Part shown: positions 13,014-27,402 of the stretch, piece after piece | Position numbering within the stretch: the stretch's first letter is position 1 | Layout of the letters: every line of letters starts with the position of its first letter | Assembly: GCF_009914755.1 (NCBI RefSeq) | Contig: NC_060928.1 | Length of the DNA: 64,000 nucleotides | From: the human T2T-CHM13v2.0 reference genome, Homo sapiens | Strand: one strand, 5' to 3' | The notes under the pieces: generated by a model | The model's database searches: none | What the model was told of the DNA's origin: nothing | Seen by the model: only the letters and a program-made list of their open reading frames with translations | Made by a program: the position numbers and the translations under genes

Positions 13014-15776
13014 TAAAACAGTTAAATTGGCTAAATTAGAGAGATGATAGTTAGAAGTGTGCCTAATACTTGAATTCCCCTATCGCATTCTGCCCTAGAG
13101 GCAGGATCCAGTTTCTGATGCTAAGTGATAGGGAAGAAGTAATTAAGCAGCAAAGATTCACAAAGGGAGGTTTATTTTTTATATCATGAATTATTCTCAT
13201 TTAAATTTCAGATTGGTCTTTTTATCATTCAAAGCAAAGGTTGCTATAACCCTTGATGTCATCACTGCCCTTTGGAATAGAGTAGAAGAAAGCTGCTAGG
13301 CATCACTCGTGAAAGCAAGTTTTAAATTCCAGACAGAATGGCTTCTCTGAAACATCGTTTTTCTTTTCTTTTGGGTTCCACCACCCCCTGTTCATATATT
13401 ATGTATTAAACAAACATGTCCTTGGCACTTGCTCTTCACCAGGGATTGTGCTGGGCACTGGGGACTCAAAAATCATTTAGACATGGCCCTGCCTGAGAGA
13501 GGCCAGGAGAGACAAACAGGTGAACAGATGAGGGCTTCACAGAGTGACACATCTTGTGATAGAAGGAAGCACAGGAGAAGGCCCGAGGCAGGCACAGTGG
13601 AGGGAAGAGTTCATTTTACCCCAGGCTTAGGAAAGCCTCCGTAGAAGAAGGGACCATGGAGAGGCTGGCCGGGAGAAGTGTGGGTGCTGGCCAGTGGTGG
13701 GGCAGAGATGGGAGCTAAAGAGGGCTGAGAGCAAGTCGAGGTAAGGTAAAGCCAGAGGGATCTGGCCAGAGGGCTTGTGTCTTAAGCCAGCGAGATGGGA
13801 GTGTCTATTGCCAGCGAGGTGGGAGTCACTGAAGCTTTGAAGCAGGGGGTGGCTGGCTTCAGCTTCTGCTTTAGAAGGGCTGCCCAGGCACTGAGTGGAG
13901 GGTGGTGAAGAGCTACTGGGCTAATCCAGCAGGAACTTTATTAAGGCAACTGCAGTAGGATGGAGAGGTGAGGAAACGTGTGAGAGAAGCTGTGGTGGTC
14001 TACCATGGGGCGGCAGGTGGGGAGGAGGAGGGGGTCCAGGGTCAGTGCTGCTGAAATAAGCGCCCCAGAGCAAGATGCTCATGGGAGGGAGGGAGCCAAT
14101 GCTCCTGTCCTCTGAATAGGTCCAATATTGAGAGGAGAGGCTTGGAGATGGAGGGTCTCCATGAGAGCCCAGGTTAGAGGACTTTGAGGGCCAGAATGTT
14201 CTTAGAACTGTGGGCCAGGATGCTAAGGAAGAGGGCCAGCCTGGATTCCGGTGGTCCACAGAACCCCCAACGCTGTGTGCAGTATCTTGTCCATGTCTGC
14301 CTTTCTCAGGGACAGGGTTCAGAATTTTCATAAGATTCTCCAAAGTATTGGTGACCTCCAAAAATGGTGACCTCTGGCCTAGAAATGGTGTGTAAAATGG
14401 GAAGAGAAAAGAGCTTTGGTGCCAAATCCTGGATCCTGCCCATATTTAAGGAGGAGCGGATGAGAAGAATTGGGACAAGAAAGCAGAGGAGGAATTGGAT
14501 GGGCTTTGCAGAAGCAGGAGAAAATCATGTCATGGACGCCAAGAGAATCAGGAGTTTGTAAGCAGAGCGGGCTGTGTAGAGTTGGCAGGTGACAGTCTGC
14601 AGTCACGTGGCAGGTGGAAGGCAGGTCATCTGATGGCTCCAAGGGGAAGAGCAGGGTGAGAGCGTGAGGGTGTCAGGCAGGTTTGAGGTCCCTCCTGGCA
14701 GGGATGAGAGGAGGAGCAGCATGTATGGGGTTTACTGGGAGGCAATGGGGCCCTGAGATGGGGAGCCGCATTGATGAGGGGTGTTCATCTGGGTGCAGGC
14801 TTCCTCCTGGCAGAGCCAGACCGACACCGCAGTTGAGGCTGACAGAGTTTCATGATCTTGAGTCACAGCAACAAAATCAGCATGGGTTTCTGGTGACACT
14901 AACCCCTGCCCCCTCCCATGCCCAGTCCAGCCAGAAGTGTCCATTTCAGCCTCTCAGAGGCTGAGCCAAGATGGAGGCAACCTCAGCCGTGGAGTTAAAT
15001 GGACCTGAACCAAATCCTGGCTTTCACTGGGTCCATGACCTCTGACAAGTGACCTAACTCCCCCGAGCCTGTTCCTACACCTCTAGATACATACTTTATC
15101 ATGATATCAAATGTGTGAAGCACAGAGCCTGGCGAACAGCCTGTGGGCCATGAGGGAAAGTTGCTCCGATTCCTAGTGTCATTGTCCTTAGAGCTCTGAC
15201 TGGCTGTGATGACTCAATTAAACCTCCTGCATTCTAAGCCACTTGGGAATTCCCAGCTCTGCTCCTGATAAAATGAGGGGGAGGGAAGATTTTAAAGCAA
15301 AATGTTTTCATGGTCAGCATCCTCTCTGCCATATTAAGCTTTTGTACTTTTAGGACAATAACTAATATTTAAACATCTGTTTATGCTTTTACTTCCAGGA
15401 AGTATTTAATCCCATTTAAAATTGCCAAAGCTTCCATGAGCACATTGTCACATTTCATCGGCCCCTAGGTAGCTGTAATGACCTGTGCAAGAGTCTGTAG
15501 GCTGGACAAGCTACTGCTTTCTTTCCTTAGCAGCAGTGCTCTCGTGTCTGCTGAAACACCATTGCAAAACTGACTGACACTGGAACCAGACAATGGAACC
15601 AGAAAGAACTTCACTGTAGAACGTGATTGTTGCCAAGATAAACTCACTGAAACTGTAGAATTGTTTAGAATCTTTGTTTGTGATAGGGAGTGAATTGTAA
15701 TTCCCGAGCACGCACCGTTTGGCTTTCTTAAGTAAGTTTTTCACCTCACTTCTTGCTGCTTGTGCTCATTTCACAG

Positions 15777-15935
15777 ATGGAAGCTTTCTGGAAACAGATG
15801 GCAAATATCCAGCACTTTCTTGTGGACCAGTTTAAGTGTTCCAGCTCCAAAGCCCGACAGCTGATGATGACTCTGACGGAAAGAATGATTGCAGCCGAAG
15901 GGCTGTTGTGCGATTCTCAGGAGCTGCAGGCTCTG
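15777..15935 (+). CDS. EVC: EVC exon 8 (159 nt)
   Basis: Acceptor tttcacag|, donor CTG|gtaatg. Encodes [53 protein letters not shown] (inside ORF 15753..16004). Confidence 0.95.
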
Positions 15936-16082
15936 GTAATGCTGGAGGGGGCGGGAGGGAACATAAAGATATTCAGACTAGAGATATGGAATCCTGAGGC
16001 TTGACATCCTTAAATCTAACAGATTCATGTTGTAGCTGGTTATATAGAGCCTCAGGGAAAAAAAAACCAACAACAACAGTAA

Positions 16083-16430
16083 ATTCATTCATCCATTTAT
16101 TTATTTATCCATCCATCCACCCATCCATCCACCCATTGACCCTTCCATCCATCCATCCATCTACCCATCCATCCATCTGCCCTCCCACCCATTTATCCAT
16201 CCATCCATCCACCCATCCATCCATCCATCCACCCATCCATCCACCCACCCATCCATCCATCTGCCCTCCCACCCATTTATCCATCCATCCATCCCTCCAT
16301 CCATCCATCCACCCACCCATCCATCCACCCGTCCACCCATCCACCCACCCACCCATCCACCCATCCATCCACCCATCCATCCATTTACTCATCCATCCAT
16401 CCATCCACCCATCCATCCATCCGTCTATCC
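16083..16430. repeat. (TCCA/CCCA)n tetranucleotide array
   Basis: About 350 bp of ccatccatccacccatcc repeats. Confidence 0.95.
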
Positions 16431-16502
16431 AATGAGTGAAGGCTCTGGCCAGCTCAATCCATCCATCCGTCTATCCAATGAGTGAAGGCTCTGGCCAGCT
16501 CA
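16411..16502. repeat. Perfect 46-bp tandem duplication
   Basis: atccatccatccgtctatccaatgagtgaaggctctggccagctca at 16411-16456 and 16457-16502. Confidence 0.95.
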
Positions 16503-16900
16503 GTATTACTGGAGCATAGAACACTGGTCCTAAACCTGAAATTACACATTGAAATTATCTGGGAGCTTTAAAAAGTACTGATTCTTGGGCCCCAGATGGG
16601 TCTCCATCCCAGAGTTTCTGACTTAATCAGATTGGGGTGCAACCTGGCTGGGCATTGGGGTTTTTAGAGCTCCCCAATGACGATGGTGGGAGCTGGGGTT
16701 GACGCCCACTGCTGTAGACAGAGCATTGATTGACTTTCCTGATTGCCCTGTTTTGCCTGCAGAGTTCTTTAACAATGCCTTTTCCTGGCCTTCACTCTGA
16801 GGTTCTAATATGATTGGTCTGGAGTGGAGGCCCTGGCATTGTGGGTTTTAAAACTCCCTGAACTATTCTGACGGGAGGCCAGGGATACAAACCCCTGGTG

Positions 16901-17103
16901 CATGGGTGTCCAACCTTTTGGCTTCCCTGGGCCACATTGGAAGAAGAAGAATTGTCCTAGGCCACACATAAAATACATTAACACTAACGATAGCTGATGA
17001 GCGGGAAAAAAAAAAAAAAAAAAGGTCCCTGCTTATTTTTGTGAAGCCTGCCAACCACAGATAAGCAAAAAAGTCCTCACATTCAAAGGGTTGGACACCC
17101 ATG
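16901..17103 (+). mobile_element. MER30-family hAT MITE
   Basis: 15-bp TIR catgggtgtccaacc / ggttggacacccatg; MER30 core ggccacattggaagaagaagaattgtc. Confidence 0.8.
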
Positions 17104-20100
17104 GGAGAGAAATCTGCGAATCCAGCTTTGACTCTGGGCTCTGTTGTTTGGAGCTGTGTGATCTTGAACACATTACTTAACCTCTCTGCGCGTCTGTTCC
17201 TCTATTTATAAAATAATAGTGCTAAGAGTTGCCACAGACAGGGCCTGGCTAGATGCTGAGTGACTCCTAACACCCCAGTCACCATTGGGTTCCTCTTGGT
17301 ACACATTGGGCTCATCCTGTGTGCGCCAGTGTGTACTAGGGCCAGGGAACGAGCCCTCTGATGCTGCCCTGCACCCATTTCCCCGTCCTGTGCACCAGCC
17401 CGTGTGGCAGCTCGGCTCAGAACCCTGCAGTGGCCACCCTGCCCTCAGCACAGACTCAGCTCCTCAGACCCGTGGGAAAGCCAAGCCTCAACGGATCTTT
17501 GCCTCCCCTTGCACACCACATGCCTCTCCCAATCCGCTCTGCTCCTCCAGGTGTGATCCACAGACCACAGCATCGGCAACACTGGGAGCTGGTTAGAGTG
17601 CAGAATCCTGTCCTCCACCCTTCCCAAGCAGGATCTGCACTTTAACAAGACCCCCACATCCACACAGTTGTTTGAGAACTTCATGTGCTTTTTCTCGGTA
17701 TATACACACATGGCCTTTTTTTTCTGTCAACACTGCCGAAAGATAGGTATGGAAGATATTTAATTCACAGCACGCAGATAAGGAGCCCACTCAGTGATCC
17801 ACCTAAGATCCCCGTCCTCTCTAATGACATCGCTGAGCCTGGGCCTGAAGCTTCCTGGTTTGCTGCCCAAGCCCCTTTGAATTGGATTTCAGTTTGATAA
17901 GGCTGCTGACTCATTAATGCTCTGCAAAGGTGAAAGACTTTTCTTCCTATATTTTTTTCTTTTGCTATCAGCAGGATATTGATGCAGAAAAAAGAAAATA
18001 CATCCTTAGCTGACTCTGGCCAGAGTATCAGCCAATAACTTCCAAATAGGAAGAAGGAAAGGGATCCTCCAGTTTAACAGCATGACTGTCCTTCAGCCAA
18101 TGTTTAATGAGCACCTACTGTGTAGCACATGCTGTTCATGGAAACCATATTGCAGAGGTTAGGAATGCAGGCTCAGGGAAGAAACTGGAGCTCCCACTGC
18201 AGTCTTGCCACTCGTTAGCTGTGTGATCTTGGGCAGATAATTTAACCTCTCTGTGATTTGGTTTCATTTTCTGTGAAATGGGGGCTATGATAGCACCTGC
18301 TCTCTCACAGGGTAGTTGAGGGTGTTAAAGACTTGGCAGTATGTAAAGTTTTTAGAGCAGAGCCCGGCACGTAGGAAGCATTCAGTACTTGTTAGTCATT
18401 AGAGTCCTGCAGGCCACATGTCAGCAGGAGAAATAGACAGCAAAAAATTACTGTAATGATGCATGGACAGGGCTACACAGTCTATGTTTGTATAGAAGAG
18501 GGATGGATTCACTATGCCTGCATACCGGGCACCAAAGGGAAAAAAGATGGCTTCCGTATCTCAGAACACAGAAGAGTTGGAATTCCCAGAGCGGCATCCC
18601 ATCTTTCTGGCCTGGGCATTTGGAGCTGAAATGTGCATCTGTAAATATTAAAACTGGAAGAGCCCTTCAAAGGGACCCTGACGGTCATCAGATTCAGTTT
18701 CTTGAGACTCACAGGAAAAAAAACAGCTGCCAAGACACATGGGACTGGCTGTAGATAATGGTGAAAACAGCTGACACTCAGGGAGGCTCACTGTTCCCTG
18801 GCCGTTGTTCTCAATGCTTGACGTATTTTGACTTACTTAATCCTCATGTCAAATCTGTGTGGCAAGGGTCAGGTGAGGAGCTTGTGCTCAGGTCCTGGGA
18901 GCCAAGTCTGAGCCTGGCACTGTTGACTCAGCCACACTCAGAGCACATCAGGGCCCCCTTCCCCCATTCCACATCCCTCTTCTCACGCAACTCTCTCCAC
19001 TTCCATCCTCCCTCCAATATAAGCACATCGATTGCACCACCACTGCCGAATCCAGCCAGCCTGTGTTGGGTTCTCAACATGCTCTTTAGAGGTGGCCAGA
19101 GCCGCCCTTCCCGCGGCCCACCTGGCACCTCCGCTTATCCTCTTGCACCCTCTAGGGTTCACGGGCTGCTGGAATGAGCCTCGCTGTCCTTGTCCATCGC
19201 TGGGGGATGTTCTTGCCCTAGTCTTGTGTTGTGGGAACAGAGGCCAGTGCAGCTCAGCGCACAGTGTGGCCATGGCTGGTCAAGGGGACGTGGGCGACTC
19301 AGGCCTGGCCCCTGTCTTCAAGGGCTCTCAGTCCAGGCTGGGACTGCCCCTCACAATCACCTCCTCGAAGACAGGAGCCCTGGGGCAGTGGAGAACAGAG
19401 TAGGGGACCAGTGAGGGTGGGGACAAGCAGGGAAGGACCACAGAACCCATGAGGACAAGAAGGACCTGGCTGGGCAGGGGAGTGAGAGGAGGCAGTGAGG
19501 GTGTTCCAGGAGGAAGGCCCCGCATGTGCAGAGGCTGGGCAGCCGGGACCAGGCAGGTGTGCAGGACAGGGCCCCACAGAACTTCCTGCACCATGCCTGG
19601 GGTGCTGGACTTGATCTCAGGGCAGCAACAGGAGGGTTTGGGGCCATGGCTGACAGAACCATCAGCATCTCTGAAAGGTCCGCTGTTCTGTGAGGTGGGG
19701 TTAGAGCATGGGGCAGAGATGGGAGGCTGGGGAGCAGGACTGGCCTGTGGCCTCGGCCCAGCACAGAGGTGCCTAGGCCTGAGCTGGGCGTGGCTGGGAG
19801 TGGGGGGTGCAGAGTCTGTGCCGAGGGAGATGCCAACGTCCGCCGTCCGCTCCTCCTTTCCCCCTTACTCTCATTCCACAAGCAGCTGCTCTCAGGTGTG
19901 CAGGGCCCTTGTCTGCCTCCGGTTGACATTTCCCCCTGTCTTTTCTGAGAGTCCCTGAAATGATGAGGTGGGGCTGGGGAGGGCCTTCTGTAGAATCTGA
20001 CTGCGGGGAGTCGTGTTGGAAGCCAATCATTCCCCTGAAAATCTCGGCCATCCTCAGCAGTCAGGCTCTCTGGGGCTCTAACAAAAGCCAGGAACTGCTG

Positions 20101-20401
20101 GCACTTTGCATTTCCTCCACAGCCCTGTGGGGGCCACAGGGCCAGATTGGCCGGGGGAGATGACTATAAGCCAGGTGGCTTTTCCTCCTTGACCGTTTGT
20201 AAATCTGGATTCCCTCCTAGGAGGGTGGCCCTCTGGGGAGCGCTACTGGTGACTAAGTGCCTACATGCTAAGCTGCGTCAGCCTCCCCGCACCCTAGGAG
20301 AGACACTTAATCCCCACCTCGGGGGCAGACCCAGATCTCGCTCATGAAGGAGAGGGGGAGTTCATCCCTCTGAGCTCCGCTCTCCCAGGCAGTGCCATTA
20401 G

Positions 20402-20779
<378 letters not shown>

Positions 20780-21382
20780 TGAGAGGGCTGGCAGCCTGGG
20801 GCAGTGTGCCCATGATGCCGGGCACAGGCTGCCTTTCTGCTTCTGCCCTAGGGACTGGGTCACTGGGCTGCTCTCTGGGGCTCTCTTCCCTTCTCTGTAC
20901 AGCAGAGTCCATGAGGGCCACTGCCCAGGGCAGGGGTCACCTGCTGCACTCACTCACCAGGGATTCCGGCTGATTGAGTCCCCACGTCCTGCAGCAAAGC
21001 CACCAGGAACTGCAGAGGGACAGAGGAGGGTGAAGGGTCTCACTAGAAATTTACACAAAGTGGTCCCTGTCGCCCAGCGGCAGCTCATGGTCATGCTGGA
21101 GTCATGTGGCCCTGCTCAGCGGCAGAGTGGGTGAGGGTGGGCCATGGTCCAGCATGTGGGGCAGGAAGGGGAGCCGTGCATGTGTCCCACACATGCTCCT
21201 GCCCCAAGGCTGACCCTGGGGTGGGGATGGGGCAAGGCTCAAGACGTGGAGGCATCTGGGCTTAGCTGAGGTCACACTACTAGTGGGACCTACAGAAAAA
21301 CCCAGGTGTGTCACCAGCAGGGCGGGCACCATCTCTGCAGCCGACACCAGCTTCCCCAACCTCCAGACAGGAGAAAGCATGA

Positions 21383-21628
<246 letters not shown>

Positions 21629-23832
21629 TGAGCCAGTTGTAGCTCTGTTCCCGTGACTGAGCACGGGACGCCGGAGGTATTCATCAGGCATGAGGTTATC
21701 TGCCTACTTCCCATGTGTCAGCCGAGTGACCGAATCTCAGTCCCTTAGCCCCTACATCCCTAGGGTCCTAGTGGACTGTAAGCTGGTGATAAGAGTTGTG
21801 CTGCCCTCACTGGGCTGCTGAGAAGAGGAGGGGGTAGGATCCGTAGAGAGCTTGGCAGAGTGCAGACGCATGGCAGGAGCACACAGATGGTGGCAATGGC
21901 GTGAAGGGAGCAATGTGTGGCCCAGAGGGGACAAGCGTGTCCCGGAGAGTAAGGCAGGCTCACACACCCAGGGACAGGGCCCTTGTGGGTCGGCTGCAAG
22001 TCCAGGAGAAGGAAGGGAGTTCCCAGCCTTGCATGTGGGGTTGAGTGGTCAGGGCCAGGAGGTGGCCAAGGTCAGAGGTACCCTTGGTCTTGCCTGAGAA
22101 GGGGACAAGAAGACCTGAAGGAGGACAAAAAGCAAGATGTCACCCTCCAAGGAAAAGGAGTCAGCTGGCCCCAGTGCAGGCTCTAAGGACCTGGACTCGC
22201 CAGTTCTCAGAGAGACCACCGAGCTCTGGTTTCGCTCTGCTTGCTTTCACTAGTAATGGGCAGTGGGGCTGGGAGAGGACCAGCTTGTCCGTAACCGTCT
22301 TGCAGGCTGGTTAAGCATTGGGCGCTGAGGCCAGCCACACTTGGGTTTGGGTGCTGACTCTGCCACTAAATAGCTGGGTGACCTTGGGCATGTTGCTTAC
22401 CCTCTGGCCCTCAGCTTCCACATCTGTGAAATGGGCATAATGGCACCTATATCACAGCATTGTTAGGATTCAGTGAGACCAAGGAAGGGGCAGCCCCAGC
22501 CTCACTGTTTGCCTGGGTCCGCCTGCCCTCCGTCAACACTTGGTACAGCACATCTCAGTTCTGCCAAGGGGTGGGTGGCACCATGTCTGGGTCCAGGCTC
22601 AGCCCAGAATAGAGGCCCAGGGGCTCTCCCTGGGGGCCAAGCTGGTGGTGGTGGCACCACTGCAGTGAGAAGCCAATGGAGGGGTCCCCCGAGAACAGAG
22701 GACAGGCCTCTAGGTCCCTGGTCCAGCTGCCTCCCTCACCCAGGGGGCCTCTTCCAGGCCCATACTTGGAGCTTCTGCATTTGCCACAAAGGGGTAGGGT
22801 AGGTTTTTCTATCTTTGAGACCCATTTGAAATAAGAGGAAGATAAGGCTATTCAGCTCCTCGTTATTTGGATATTTCTGGGCCCCTGTCCTTGATGTCAC
22901 AGAGCCCAGTGTGAGTCCAGAGTGTGGAGACAGTGCCTGGGTGACCTTGGTGTCCCAGGGCCTCGGTACAGTCCTCGGAACGCCTCAGCGCTGGCGTTCA
23001 GGACACGTGGGACGCAGGCAGGGAAGGGTGAATGAGCGCATGCGTGCCTGAATGAACCAGGACATGGACAAATGGGCAAACGAGCGAATGAAGGAGGATG
23101 GAATGGGTGGGAGAATGAACGAACGACACCAGGCTCCCAGTACACACTCAGCACCCACCTTTTTCCAGTCCCGCCCTTCTCTCTCATCTCACCTCCTGCC
23201 CGTAGCATCACCAAAGATCTTAGGGGGTTTACCTCCTGGTCTCTGCTGCTGCTCGCTGAGCCTGGCTCCCCATCTTCCCTCCAAGGAGTCCTTCCTTGTC
23301 CTTAGAGACTCCATTGAAACATCTCCCCAACAGGGAATTTTCTCCTGCAACCCTTCCCTGAGAAGGGTCTGTTCCTCTGTCCTTCTGCCCCACCTCGCCC
23401 CTCTCTGATGCTCTGTTTAGGGCTGGCTGGGTCTCCCCCTGCTGATTCCCGGGTTAGCCCAGTCTCCTGCTGCTCTGCTGGGGTCCTCAGGGAAGGGCCT
23501 CCACCCCGTGGTCACAGTGGGGCCTGGCTGGTTGCTGACTGCACTGACCTCCAATCGCCAGTCTGTGTCACCCCTGCTGGGTTCCCATCAGTGGGTCTTC
23601 CATGGCCTGGGTGGTCAGAAAGTGATGTCTGGGTGGCTGCAGCCAGGACAGAGGAGTGACAGAAGTGGTCCAGTGGCCCCTCCTCATCCTGGCTTTAACA
23701 AAAGCGTGGTGGTTTGTGGTGTTTCCTGGAAATCGGATTTGCTGACCCTGGCATCAGCTGTGAAAGCCATGTGACAGCCCCATGCCTCAGTTTCCTTGTG
23801 TGTAATACAGGTGCCAACATCCTTCTTTCTAA

Positions 23833-24147
<315 letters not shown>

Positions 24148-25096
24148 TGATCCACGCAGGCTGTGTCCCCTCCATGCGATCCTCCTTGCCCACATCAGAA
24201 ACCGAGGCAGTTGGCCTTGGTCCTCTCTGAGGCACCGTCCATTTTTGGGGTGCTGAGGATTCTTATCTCCACACATCCCTGTCAGCAAAGCTCTTTGGAA
24301 ATCCGTTCTCCCCAGGTGAGAAATAGGCCCAGGGTTTCTGGGTGTCATCAGTGTAAAGTGGTGATGAAGAAGGGGTTCTGGGCTGAAATGGGGACGTCAG
24401 AGATCACATGCCACACCACCTCTTTCCCCTGTGCAACCGTGTGCAGGTCTGGGGTGGGGAGGTGAAGCTGGCCATGCTTGCCCTGCAGGGTGACTTTCAG
24501 AGAGCAGGAGAGGACACCTGAGCCCTCTTTAGGGGCAGGAGTCACAGGATGCCATGCTGAGCCAGACAGAGCCCCTGCCTCAGGCAGCATCCTCAGTTGT
24601 TGGAAAGACAGGAGTGTGGACACCTGGCTATGAAGGAATCAACCAGTGGGTGTTGGGCAGCACTGGGAGGAGGAGAGGGCCTGGGTCTGTGTCCTGGCTC
24701 CCCGCTTCCTCACTGCGTGACCACAGGAGCATCACTTGGCCTCTAGCCCTCAGTTTCCCCATCTGTGAAATGGGGACAGTCATAATTCTTCTTCATGGTG
24801 TGCTAGGAGGACTGTGTTTGGGGACCCGAGACAGCAGCTGGCACTCGGAACACCCCAGGGCACGTTGTCTCCAGTGACAGCTTCCCTGCTTCTGAGTGCA
24901 GAGGAGAGGCAAGGGGCTCCTGGGTGAAGGTGACGTCAAGGACAGCAGCCTGTAGGAGGCATTGCTGAGCCAAGCATTGGATGAGACCAGGCCCAAGTGG
25001 ACAAGGAGTCAGCGGGCATCCCCATCAGGGAGAAGCTCATGCAGTGGTGGGAAGTGCAACTCCTCACCCGGATGGGAGCTGCACTGGGGTCAGTCA

Positions 25097-25588
25097 TGTC
25101 TCTGTTAACCTGCTAGGGCTGCCGTGGTGAATACCACTGACTGGTGGGTTAAACAACAGAAAAGCGTTCTCTCAAGGTTCTGGAGGCTGAAGCCCGAGAT
25201 CACGGTGCCAACAGGATTGACTTCTGGTGAGGCCTCTCTTCCGGGCTTGCAGACAGCTGCCTTCCCGTTGCCTCCTCACACGGTTATTTCTCTGTGCTTG
25301 GAAGACTGAAGGGCAGGGGAGAGAATGAAAGAGAGGGCTCTGGTCTCTCCCTTTTCTTATAAGGACACCAGTTCTATGGGATTAGGGCCCCACCCTGATG
25401 ACCTCATCTAACCTTAATTACCTCCTTAAAGGCCCTGTCTCCAAATACAGCCACATGGGATATTGGAGGTTAGAGCTTCAACATAAGAATTTGATTACTT
25501 AATTACCTCCAAATACAGTCACATGGGATATTGGAGGTTAGGGCTTCAACCTAAGAATTTTGGAGGGAGACACAATTTAGTCCAAACA
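25097..25588 (-). mobile_element. MaLR LTR (MLT1A-like) with an internal duplication of about 54 bp
   Basis: MLT1A-type motifs (ttctggaggctgaag, ggccccaccctgatgacctcatctaacc). Block ctccaaatacag...aagaattt duplicated at about 25439-25493 and 25507-25560. Confidence 0.75.
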
Positions 25589-25589
25589 G

Positions 25590-26017
25590 TGTCCTTCAAA
25601 ACGTCATGTCCATCTGGAACCTCGGAATGTGGCCACACTTGGAAATAAGGGCTTTGCAGATGTAATTGGTTAGATCGCACAGTTGGTTAGGTCCTACTGG
25701 ATTCGGGTGGGCCCTAATTCTAATGGCTGGTGTCCTTATAAGAAGGCCATGAGAAGACATAGAGACACAGGGAAGGAGGCTGTTTGAAGACAGAAGGAGG
25801 GACTGGAGTGATGCAGCCACAAGCCGAGGAACACCTGCAGCCACCAAAAGCCAGAAGAGCCCAGGAAGGGCCCCTCCCAGAGCCTTTGGAGGGGGCGAGG
25901 CTCTGCCAACACCTTGGTTTCATACTAATGCCCTCCGGAACGGTGAGAGAATAAACTTCGTTGTCTTAATGCACCCAGTTTGCGGCGCTTTGTCATGGCA
26001 GCCACAGGAAACTAAAC
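25590..26017 (+). mobile_element. MaLR LTR (MLT1B/C-like)
   Basis: ttggaaataagggctttgcagatgtaatt...gtccttataagaagg...ggcagccacaggaaactaa. Confidence 0.75.
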
Positions 26018-26465
26018 GGAAGGCGATCTTTGTTCAGGGCTAGCTCCTATCTTAAGTGCCTCTTGAGTATTTGATTATTTAATTCTCATGAGATTCATGA
26101 GGAAGACACTGCATTTTCCTTCCTTCCCAGATGAGGAGTGAAGAAGTGTTTTCTCCAGAAATGGGTAGGATGGGGCTCAATTTGTCAAAGCCCTGGGGCC
26201 CACAGACAGGAAAGGAACAACTTTGTCCCCAGAGGAGTCAAGACTCACATCCCTGGCTGGGCATGGGGAAACCAAGTTCTAATCTTCCTCTGAGTGCTAA
26301 CATGCTGTGTGACCTTGGCTGGTTACATAACCTGTCTGTGCTGGCCCATGTATCTTGCCCAGGTTTTACACAGCTAGCAAGCGGGGAAGGTGAGATTTAA
26401 AATAAAGGCTTTCTAATGTTAGTGCTGATGTGCTCACCCCAACCATGCTGCTCAGTGTTGACGGC

Positions 26466-27041
26466 TGTTGTGAAACCTCGCTTCTTGTGTTTTTAGTTTA
26501 AAAGTATGTAAACAAGAGACCACAGTAAAGGGGATGCAGCACAGAGCAATTTATTGCAAAGGAGAAAGAATGTTCTGAAAGTTAGGTGCAGAATAGACAG
26601 GATGCCCTGGGAGATGATTCAGAGCAGATGAGACAGCCTTGACTTACCGGGGAAACTCCCTTTCTGGGGAGTCTTATGTGATTATTCATAAGGGCGTGGG
26701 AAGAAGCATTATTAGTAAGCATGTTGTGGAGGGCGGTGGGGGCGGGTCCTCTGAGTGCCCAGGCACAGTAGCTGTACACACTTGTTCATACGTCACATGT
26801 CTCATTAGCATCTTAAGTCTCCGTCCAAAGGTGTGTTTTTTACTATTATAATGGCGCAGAGGGTCAGTCTGAGGACAGATAAAATCAAAGTGCACCTGCC
26901 GACTGCAGGAGACGTTGCCTACTGCAGATAACTGCTTGAAAGAGCCAGACTACAGTGTAAATGCTGAGGCTTACTGTGTTGATGGTTTGGTCGCCGCATC
27001 CCAAGGACATGGTCACTTCCTTGACTACCTATCCTGCCTTA
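26466..27041 (-). mobile_element. ERV1 solo LTR (MER66-like, tentative)
   Basis: Minus strand starts taaggcaggataggtagtcaaggaagtgaccatg; poly-A signal (tttatt on +) near 26551. Confidence 0.6.
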
Positions 27042-27402
27042 CGTGTGGGCTGTGGAGCATAATGGTGAAGCCCAGGCTCTGGAGCCAGACATCTGGGGTT
27101 CAAATTCCCAGCCGGGCCACTTATTTCCCCTGCCGGAGGTGAGCCCAGGTGGCCCAGAGGCTATGGGCGGCGGGGGTGGTTTCAGCAGCATTCTCCTCCT
27201 CACCCCCTATGGTAGCTTATTGGATTCTCACCCATCCTCTCTAAAGCAGTTCTCAAACCTTGCTGTGCATCAGAATGTCATCAAGATTAAGGAAATTGAG
27301 GTACAGGTTAGATCACTTGCTCACAATTACACAACCAGGCTGACAGCCTGAGTAAAACCCTATCAATGATTGCTGCAAAGGGTAAGCCAAGCAGTATATA
27401 AA

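Noticed and set aside
16001-16435. HPSI/MDGW repeat ORFs
   Set aside because: Translations of the (TCCA)n microsatellite.
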